DNA of 17,113 bases, from the NCBI GenBank assembly GCA_002189035.1, contig NEEC01000401.1, positions 1 to 17,113 on the forward strand, read 5' to 3'. Each line of letters begins with the position of its first letter. Within the stretch, counting starts at the first letter, position 1. A program made the position numbers and the translations under genes. A model generated the notes under the pieces. That model had not been told where the DNA came from, did not search any database, and saw nothing but the letters and a program-made list of their open reading frames with translations. The stretch comes from Utricularia gibba. Lineage: Eukaryota > Plantae > Magnoliophyta. Positions 1-9,400 of the stretch are shown here, piece after piece.

Positions 1-313
1 AGGTTCGGTCTGACTCCTTTGCCACATCGGGTCCTACTCGACGAAAATCGTGATGCAGTTATTGAAGTTAGGATTCATGAGCACCCAAAATGGTTTTCTC
101 AACCGCATGCTTTATATTTGATAAGGTGCTCTCGTGGGGCAACGGTATCGAGTAGGAGGTCGAGTCGAGCTCGGGCCCATAGTCATTTGTAGCTCGGCAA
201 AAAACTTGATGCATTTATTAACGGTTGGTTTTAATAGGCTGCCTCAATGTTTTCTCAAGGAAAAGCTTGTCGTTTTTGGCGGGTGATGTCGTTGTGAACT
301 TCGTTCTGACCCA
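1..313. repeat. Representative variant-A monomer
   Basis: Diagnostic A alleles: GATAAGGTGCTC, GAGTAGG, CCCATAGTC, TAGCTCGGC-AAAAAACTTG, AACGGTTGG, CCTCAATG, GTCGTTGTGAAC, followed by TCTGTCTCC/AAATCTGG at the start of the next unit. The same set recurs in units starting 3417, 6477, 8617, 13558, 14485 and 16636, among others. Confidence 0.9.
30..75. other. Invariant 46-bp core of the satellite monomer (GGTCCTACTCGACGAAAATCGTGATGCAGTTATTGAAGTTAGGATT), present once per unit
   Basis: Reading by eye I found no substitution or indel in this block in any unit of any variant family, while the flanks carry many family-specific differences. Confidence 0.8.
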
Positions 314-622
314 AGGTTCGGTCTGTCTCCTTTGCCAAATCTGGTCCTACTCGACGAAAATCGTGATGCAGTTATTGAAGTTAGGATTTCATGAGCACCC
401 AAAATGCTTTGTCAATCGCATGCTTTTGTAGTTGAGGAGGCGCTCTAGTGGGGCACGGTATCGGGCAAAGGTCGAGTCGGGCTCGCCCAGAGTCATTTTT
501 AGCCTGTCAAAAAAAGTGATGCATTTATTAACGTTGGGTTTAATAGGCTGCCTACATGGTTTCTCAAGGAAAAGCTTGTCGTTTCTGGCGGGTGATGTCT
601 TTTGGAACTTCGTTCTGACCAT
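314..622. repeat. Representative variant-B monomer
   Basis: Diagnostic B alleles: TTTGTCAATCGC, GTAGTTGAGGAGGCGCTCTAG, GGCACGG, GCAAAAGGTCGAGTCGGGCTCGC, TAGCCTG-AAAAAAGTGATG, CCTACATGG, GTCTTTTGGAAC, ACCATAGG. The same set recurs in units starting 935, 2794, 3733, 6790, 7413, 13872 and 15414. Confidence 0.9.
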
Positions 623-2479
623 AGGTTCGGTCTGACTCCTTTGCCACATCGGGTCCTACTCGACGAAAATCGTGATGCAGTTATTGAAGTTAGGATTTCA
701 TGAGCACCCAAAATGGTTTTCTCAACCGCATGCTTTATATTTGATAAGGTGCTCTCGTGGGGCAACGGTATCGAGTAGGAGGTCGAGTCGAGCTCGGCCC
801 ATAGTCATTTGTAGCTCGGCAAAAAACTTGATGCATTTATTAACGGTTGGTTTTAATAGGCTGCCTCAATGTTTTCTCAAGGAAAAGCTTGTCGTTTTTG
901 GGCGGTGATGTCGTTGTGAACTTCGTTCTGACCAAGGTTCGGTCTGACTCCTTTGCCAAATCTGGTCCTACTCGACGAAAATCGTGATGCAGTTATTGAA
1001 GTTAGGATTTCATGAGCACCCAAAATGTTTTTCAATCGCATGCTTTGTAGTTGAGGAGGCGCTCTAGTGGGGCACGGTATCGGGCAAAAGGTCGAGTCGG
1101 GCTCGCTCCCAGAGTCATTTTTAGCCTGTCAAAAAAAGTGATGCATTTATTAACGTTGGTTTTAATAGGCTGCCTACATGGTTTCTCAAGGAAAAGCTTG
1201 TCGTTTCTGGGGGGTGATGTCTTTTGGAACTTCGTTCTGACCATAGGTTCGGTCTGACTCCTTTGCCACATCGGGTCCTACTCGACGAAAATCGTGATGC
1301 AGTTATTGAAGTTAGGATTTCATGAGCACCCAAAATGGTTTTCTCAACCGCATGCTTTATATTTGATAAGGCTCTCGTGGGGCAACGGTATCGAGTAGGA
1401 GGTCGAGTCGAGCTCGGCCCATAGTCATTTGTAGCTCGGCAAAAAACTTGATGCATTTATTAACGTTGGTTTTAATAGGCTGCCTCAATGGTTTTCTCAA
1501 GGAAAAGCTTGTCGTTTTGGGCGGTGATGTCTTTTGAACTTCGTTCTGACCCAAGGTTCGGTCTGTCTCCTTTGCCAATCTGGTCCTACTCGACGAAAAT
1601 CGTGATGCAGTTATTGAAGTTAGGATTTCATGAGCACCCAAAATGTTTTTGTCAATCGCATGCTTTGTATTTGAGGAGGCGCTCGTGGGGCACGGTATCG
1701 GCAAAAGGTCGAGTCGGGCTCGCTCCCAGAGTCATTTGTAGCCTGTCAAAAAAAGTGATGCATTTATTAACGTTGGTTTTAATAGGCTGCCTACATGGTT
1801 TCTCAAGGAAAAGCTTGTCGTTTCTGGCGGGTGATGTCTTTTGGAACTTCGTTCTGACCAAGGTTCGGTCTGACTCCTTTGCCACATCGGGTCCTACTCG
1901 ACGAAAATCGTGATGCAGTTATTGAAGTTAGGATTTCATGAGCACCCAAAATGGTTTTCTCAACCGCATGCTTTATATTTGATAAGGTGCTCTCGTGGGG
2001 CAACGGTATCGAGTAGGAGGTCGAGTCGAGCTCGGGCCCATAGTCATTTGTAGCTCGGCAAAAAAACTTGATGCATTTATTAACGTTGGTTTTAATAGGC
2101 TGCCTGTTTTCTCAAGGAAAAGCTTGTCGTTTTTGGCGGGTGATGTCTTTTGGAACTTCGTTCTGACCAAGGTTCGGTCTGACTCCTTTGCCAATCGGGT
2201 CCTACTCGACGAAAATCGTGATGCAGTTATTGAAGTTAGGATTTCATGAGCACCCAAAATGGTTTTCTCAACCGCATGCTTTATATTTGATAAGGGCTCT
2301 CGTGGGGCAACGGTATCGAGCAGGAGGTCGAGTCGAGCTCGGGCCCATAGTCATTTGTAGCTCGGCAAAAAACTTGATGCATTTATTAACGTTGGTTTTA
2401 ATAGGCTGCCTCAATGTTTTCTCAAGGAAAAGCTTGTCGTTTTTGGGCGGTGATGTCGTTGTGAACTTCGTTCTGACCA

Positions 2480-5400
2480 AGGTTCGGTCTGTCTCCTTTG
2501 CCAAATCTGGTCCTACTCGACGAAAATCGTGATGCAGTTATTGAAGTTAGGATTTCATGAGCACCCAAAATGGTTTTCTCAACCGCATGCTTTATATTTG
2601 ATAGGGCTCTCGTGGGCAACGGTATCGAGTAGGAGGTCGAGTCGAGCTCGGGCCCATAGTCATTTGTAGCTCGGCAAAAAAACTTGATGCATTTATTAAC
2701 GGTTGGTTTTAATAGGCTGCCTCAATGGTTTTCTCAAGGAAAAGCTTGTCGTTTTTGGGCGGGTGATGTCGTTGTGAACTTCGTTCTGACCCAAGGTTCG
2801 GTCTGTCTCCTTTGCCAAATCTGGTCCTACTCGACGAAAATCGTGATGCAGTTATTGAAGTTAGGATTTCATGAGCACCCAAAATGCTTTTGTCAATCGC
2901 ATGCTTTGTAGTTGAGGAGGCGCTCTCGTGGGGCACGGTATCGGCAAAAGGTCGAGTCGGGCTCGCTCCCAGAGTCATTTTTAGCCTGCAAAAAAAAGTG
3001 ATGCATTTATTAACGTTGGGTTTTAATAGGCTGCCTACATGGTTTCTCAAGGAAAAGCTTGTCGTTTCTGGCGGGTGATGTCTTTTGGAACTTCGTTCTG
3101 ACCATAGGTTCGGTCTGACTCCTTTGCCACATCGGGTCCTACTCGACGAAAATCGTGATGCAGTTATTGAAGTTAGGATTTCATGAGCACCCAAAATGGT
3201 TTTCTCAACCGCATGCTTTATATTTGATAAGGCACTCTCGTGGGGCAACGGTATCGAGCAGGAGGTCGAGTCGAGCTCGGCCAGAGTCATTTGTAGCCGG
3301 CAAAAAAAATTGATGCATTTATTAACGTTCGGCTTTATTAGGCTGCCTACATGGTTTCTCAAGGAAAAGCTTGTCGTTTCTGGCGGGTGATGTCTTTTGG
3401 AACTTCGTTCTGACCAAGGTTCGGTCTGACTCCTTTGCCACATCGGGTCCTACTCGACGAAAATCGTGATGCAGTTATTGAAGTTAGGATTTCATGAGCA
3501 CCCAAAATGGTTTTCTCAACCGCATGCTTTATATTTGATAAGGTGCTCTCGTGGGGCAACGGTATCGAGTAGGAGGTCGAGTCGAGCTCGGGCCCATAGT
3601 CATTTGTAGCTCGGCAAAAAACTTGATGCATTTATTAACGGTTGGTTTTAATAGGCTGCCTCAATGGTTTTCTCAAGGAAAAGCTTGTCGTTTTTGGGCG
3701 GGTGATGTCGTTGTGAACTTCGTTCTGACCCAAGGTTCGGTCTGTCTCCTTTGCCAAATCTGGTCCTACTCGACGAAAATCGTGATGCAGTTATTGAAGT
3801 TAGGATTTCATGAGCACCCAAAATGTTTTGTCAATCGCATGCTTTGTAGTTGAGGAGGCGCTCTAGTGGGGCACGGTATCGGCAAAAGGTCGAGTCGGGC
3901 TCGCTCCCAGAGTCATTTTAGCCTGCAAAAAAAGTGATGCATTTATTAACGTTGGGTTTTAATAGCTGCCTACATGGTTCTCAAGGAAAAGCTTGTCGTT
4001 TCTGGGGTGATGTCTTTTGGAACTTCGTTCTGACCATAGGTTCGGTCTGACTCCTTTGCCACATCGGGTCCTACTCGACGAAAATCGTGATGCAGTTATT
4101 GAAGTTAGGATTCATGAGCACCCAAAATGGTTTTCTCAACCGCATGCTTTATATTTGATAAGGCACTCTCGTGGGGCAACGGTATCGAGCAGGAGGTCGA
4201 GTCGAGCTCGGGCCCAGAGTCATTTGTAGCCGGCAAAAAAAATTGATGCATTTATTAACGTTGGTTTTATAGGCTGCCTACATGGTTTCTCAAAAAAGCT
4301 TGTCGTTTCTGGGCGGTGATGTCTTTTGAACTTCGTTCTGACCAAGGTTCGGTCTGACTCCTTTGCCACATCGGGTCCTACTCGACGAAAATCGTGATGC
4401 AGTTATTGAAGTTAGGATTTCATGAGCACCCAAAATGGTTTTCTCAACCGCATGCTTTATATTTGATAAGGTGCTCTCGTGGGCAACGGTATCGAGTAGG
4501 AGGTCGAGTCGAGCTCGGCCCATAGTCATTTGTAGCTCGGAAAAAACTTGATGCATTTATTAACGGGGTTTTAATAGGCTGCCTAATGGTTTCTCAAGGA
4601 AAAGCTTGTCGTTTTTGGCGGGTGATGTCGTTGTGAACTTCGTTCTGACCAAGGTTCGGTCTGTCTCCTTTGCCAAATCTGGTCCTACTCGACGAAAATC
4701 GTGATGCAGTTATTGAAGTTAGGATTTCATGAGCACCCAAAATGGTTTTCTCAACCGCATGCTTTATATTTGATAAGGCTCTCGGGGCAACGGTATCGAG
4801 CAGGAGGTCGAGTCGAGCTCGGGCCATAGTCATTTGTAGCTCGGCAAAAACTTGATGCATTTATTAACGTTGGTTTTAATAGGCTGCCTCAATGGTTTCT
4901 CAAGGAAAAGCTTGTCGTTTTTGGCGGGTGATGTCGTTGGAACTTCGTTCTGACCAAGGTTCGGTCTGACTCCTTTGCCAAATCTGGTCCTACTCGACGA
5001 AAATCGTGATGCAGTTATTGAAGTTAGGATTTCATGAGCACCCAAAATGTTTTCTCAACCGCATGCTTTATTGAGGAGGCGCTCTAGTGGGGCACGGTAT
5101 CGGCAAAAGGTCGAGTCGGCCCAGAGTCATTTTAGGCAAAAAAATTGATGCATTTATTAACGTTGGTTTTAATAGGCTGCCTACATGGTTTCTCAAGGAA
5201 AAGCTTGTCGTTTCTGGGCGGGTGATGTCTTTTGGAACTTCGTTCTGACCATAGGTTCGGTCTGACTCCTTTGCCACATCGGGTCCTACTCGACGAAAAT
5301 CGTGATGCAGTTATTGAAGTTAGGATTCATGAGCACCCAAAATGGTTTTCTCAACCGCATGCTTTATATTGATAAGGCACTCTCGGGGCAACGGTATCGA

Positions 5401-6476
5401 GCAGGAGGTCGAGTCGAGCTCGGGCCAGTCATTTGTAGCGGCAAAAAAATTGATGCATTTATTAACGTTGGTTTATAGGCTGCCTACATAGTTTCTCAAG
5501 GAAAAGCTTGTCGTTTCTGGCGGGTGATGTCTTTTGGAACTTCGTTCTGACCATAGGTTCGGTCTGACTCCTTTGCCACATCGGGTCCTACTCGACGAAA
5601 ATCGTGATGCAGTTATTGAAGTTAGGATTTCATGAGCACCCAAAATGGTTTTCTCAACCGCATGCTTTATATTTGATAAGGTGCTCTCGTGGGGCAACGG
5701 TATCGAGTAGGAGGTCGAGTCGAGCTCGGGCCCATAGTCATTTGTAGCTCGGCAAAAAACTTGATGCATTTATTAACGTTGGTTTTAATAGGCTGCCTCA
5801 ATGGTTTCTCAAGGAAAAGCTTGTCGTTTTTGGGCGGGTGATGTCGTTTGAACTTCGTTCTGACCAAGGTTCGGTCTGTCTCCTTTGCCAAATCTGGTCC
5901 TACTCGACGAAAATCGTGATGCAGTTATTGAAGTTAGGATTTCATGAGCACCCAAAATGTTTTTTCAATCGCATGCTTTGTAGTTGAGGACTCTAGTGGG
6001 GCACGGTATCGCAAAAGGTCGAGTCGGGCTCGCTCCCAGAGTCATTTTTAGCCTGCAAAAAAGTGATGCATTTATTAACGTTGGTTTTAATAGGCTGCCT
6101 AGTTTCTCAAGGAAAAGCTTGTCGTTTCTGGGGTGATGTCTTTTGGAACTTCGTTCTGACCATAGGTTCGGTCTGACTCCTTTGCCACATCGGGTCCTAC
6201 TCGACGAAAATCGTGATGCAGTTATTGAAGTTAGGATTCATGAGCACCCAAAATGGTTTTCTCAACCGCATGCTTTATATTTGATAAGGCACTCTCGTGG
6301 GGCAACGGTATCGAGCAGGGGTCGAGTCGAGCTCGGCCCAGAGTCATTTGTAGCCCGGCAAAAAAAAATTGATGCATTTATTAACGTTCGGCTTTATAGG
6401 CTGCCTACATAGTTTCTCAAGGAAAAGCTTGTCGTTTCTGGGCGGTGATGTCTTTTTGGAACTTCGTTCTGACCAT
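2480..6476. repeat. Mainly ABC trimeric higher-order repeat block (~920-940 bp period)
   Basis: Order is A(2480) B(2794) C(3106) / A(3417) B(3733) C(4038) / A(4345) A'(4652) B'(4957) C(5253) / A(5555) B(5867) C(6164). One extra A-like unit interrupts the phase. Confidence 0.8.
3106..3416. repeat. Representative variant-C monomer
   Basis: Diagnostic C alleles: GATAAGGCACTC, GAGCAGG, CCAGAGTC, TAGCC(C)GGC-A7/8-TTGATG, and usually GGATTCATG (one T fewer; not in this copy). Recurs in units starting 4038, 5253, 6164, 7718, 12636, 14180 and 15720. Confidence 0.85.
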
Positions 6477-9400
6477 AGGTTCGGTCTGACTCCTTTGCCA
6501 CATCGGTCCTACTCGACGAAAATCGTGATGCAGTTATTGAAGTTAGGATTTCATGAGCACCCAAAATGGTTTTCTCAACCGCATGCTTTATATTTGATAA
6601 GGTGCTCTCGTGGGGCAACGGTATCGAGTAGGAGGTCGAGTCGAGCTCGGGCCCATAGTCATTTGTAGCTCGGCAAAAAACTTGATGCATTTATTAACGT
6701 TGGTTTTAATAGGCTGCCTCAATGGTTTTCTCAAGGAAAAGCTTGTCGTTTTGGGCGGGTGATGTCGTTGTGAACTTCGTTCTGACCCAAGGTTCGGTCT
6801 GTCTCCTTTGCCAATCTGGTCCTACTCGACGAAAATCGTGATGCAGTTATTGAAGTTAGGATTTCATGAGCACCCAAAATGCTTTTGTCAATCGCATGCT
6901 TTGTATTTGAGGAGGCGCTCTGGGGCACGGTATCGGGCAAAAGGTCGAGTCGGGCTCGCTCCCAGAGTCATTTTTTAGCCTGCAAAAAAAAGTGATGCAT
7001 TTATTAACGTTGGGTTTTAATAGGCTGCCTACATGGTTTCTCAAGGAAAAGCTTGTCGTTTCTGGCGGGTGATGTCTTTTGGAACTTCGTTCTGACCATA
7101 GGTTCGGTCTGACTCCTTTGCCACATCGGTCCTACTCGACGAAAATCGTGATGCAGTTATTGAAGTTAGGATTTCATGAGCACCCAAAATGGTTTTCTCA
7201 ACCGCATGCTTTTATATTTGATAAGTGCTCTCGTGGGGCAACGGTATCGAGTAGGAGGTCGAGTCGAGCTCGGGCCCATAGTCATTTGTAGCTCGGCAAA
7301 AAACTTGATGCATTTATTAACGGTTGGTTTTAATAGGCTGCCTCAATGGTTTTCTCAAGGAAAAGCTTGTCGTTTTGGGCGGTGATGTCGTTGTGAACTT
7401 CGTTCTGACCCAAGGTTCGGTCTGTCTCCTTTGCCAATCTGGTCCTACTCGACGAAAATCGTGATGCAGTTATTGAAGTTAGGATTTCATGAGCACCCAA
7501 AATGCTTTTGTCAATCGCATGCTTTGTAGTTGAGGAGGCGCTCTAGTGGGGCACGGTATCGGGCAAAAGGTCGAGTCGGCTCGCCAGAGTCATTTTTAGC
7601 CTGCAAAAAAAGTGATGCATTTATTAACGTTGGGTTTTAATAGGCTGCCTACATGTTTCTCAAGGAAAAGCTTGTCGTTTCTGGGGGTGATGTCTTTTGG
7701 AACTTCGTTCTGACCATAGGTTCGGTCTGACTCCTTTGCCACATCGGGTCCTACTCGACGAAAATCGTGATGCAGTTATTGAAGTTAGGATTCATGAGCA
7801 CCCAAAATGGTTTTCTCAACCGCATGCTTTATATTGATAAGGCACTCTCGTGGGGCAACGGTATCGAGCAGGAGGTCGAGTCGAGCTCGGGCCCAGAGTC
7901 ATTTGTAGCCCGGCAAAAAAATTGATGCATTTATTAACGTTGGTTTTAATAGGCTGCCTACATGTTTCTCAAGGAAAAGCTTGTCGTTTTGGGCGGGTGA
8001 TGTCTTTTGAACTTCGTTCTGACCAAGGTTCGGTCTGACTCCTTTGCCACATCGGGTCCTACTCGACGAAAATCGTGATGCAGTTATTGAAGTTAGGATT
8101 TCATGAGCACCCAAAATGGTTTTCTCAACCGCATGCTTTATATTTGATAAGGCTCTCGTGGGCAACGGTATCTAGGAGGTCGAGTCGAGCTCGGGCCCAT
8201 AGTCATTTGTAGCTCGGCAAAAAACTTGATGCATTTATTAACGTTGGTTTTAATAGGCTGCCTATGGTTTCTCAAGGAAAAGCTTGTCGTTTCTGGCGGG
8301 TGATGTCGTTGGAACTTCGTTCTGACCGTTCGTCTGACTCCTTTGCCAATCGGTCCTACTCGACGAAAATCGTGATGCAGTTATTGAAGTTAGGATTTCA
8401 TGAGCACCCAAAATGTTTTCTCAACCGCATGCTTTATATTGAGGAGGCGCTCTCGTGGGGCACGGTGTCGAGTCGGCTCGCCCAGAGTCATTTGTAGCCT
8501 GCAAAAAATTGATGCATTTATTAACGTTGGTTTTAATAGGCTGCCTACATGGTTTCTCAAGGAAAAGCTTGTCGTTTCTGGGCGGGTGATGTCTTTTGGA
8601 ACTTCGTTCTGACCATAGGTTCGGTCTGACTCCTTTGCCACATCGGGTCCTACTCGACGAAAATCGTGATGCAGTTATTGAAGTTAGGATTTCATGAGCA
8701 CCCAAAATGGTTTTCTCAACCGCATGCTTATATTTGATAAGGTGCTCTCGTGGGGCAACGTATCGAGTAGGAGGTCGAGTCGAGCTCGGGCCCATAGTCA
8801 TTTGTAGCTCGGCAAAAAACTTGATGCATTTATTAACGGTTGGTTTTAATAGGCTGCCTCAATGGTTTTCTCAAGGAAAAGCTTGTCGTTTTTGGGCGGG
8901 TGATGTCGTTGTGAACTTCGTTCTGACCCAAGGTTCGGTCTGACTCCTTTGCCAATCTGGTCCTACTCGACGAAAATCGTGATGCAGTTATTGAAGTTAG
9001 GATTTCATGAGCACCCAAAATGTTTTCTCAACCGCATGCTTTTGTAGTTGAGGAGGCGCTCTCGTGGGGCACGGTATCGCAAAGGTCGAGTCGAGCTCGC
9101 TCCCAGAGTCATTTTTAGCCCGCAAAAAAATTGATGCATTTATTAACGTTGGTTTTAATAGGCTGCCTACATGGTTTCTCAAGGAAAAGCTTGTCGTTTC
9201 TGGCGGGTGATGTCTTTTGGAACTTCGTTCTGACCATAGGTTCGGTCTGACTCCTTTGCCACATCGGTCCTACTCGACGAAAATCGTGATGCAGTTATTG
9301 AAGTTAGGATTTCATGAGCACCCAAAATGGTTTTCTCAACCGCATGCTTTATATTTGAGGAGGCGCTCTCGTGGGGCAACGGTATCGAGCAGGAGGTCGA

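Larger units (their letters stand above)
1..1860. repeat. AB dimeric higher-order repeat block (3 x ~620 bp)
   Basis: Units 1-6 alternate A,B,A,B,A,B by the diagnostic alleles, with dimer starts at 1, 623 and 1245. Confidence 0.85.

Noticed and set aside
177-197. Resemblance of CCATAGTCATTTGTAGCTC to the dinoflagellate spliced leader (CCGTAGCCATTTTGGCTCAAG), which also occurs in tandem arrays
   Set aside because: The match is about 15/18 with a gap, only in variant A, and lacks the terminal AAG and the following GT splice donor. The position varies between families instead of being the most conserved part, so it is most likely chance.
299-330. CENP-B-box-like CTTCGTT and tRNA/Pol III B-box-like GGTTCG motifs
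   Set aside because: The required CENP-B box positions (TTCG-N4-A-N2-CGGG) are not met on either strand. GGTTCGGTC lacks the invariant A of GTTCRA, and no A box or cloverleaf is evident.
2709-3443. 244-aa minus-strand ORF with ~104-aa periodicity (also 9724-10353, 209 aa), raising the idea of a giant repeat protein broken by sequencing errors
   Set aside because: It is a translation of the satellite. The two homologous ~156-bp subunits are read in different frames (TGC-ATC in KCIN versus GCA-TCA in ITASR), so there is no peptide-level conservation. The A family's extra base (AACGGTTGG) shifts the frame into a stop (…RQPIKTNR*). There is no recognisable domain, start context or flanking gene structure.
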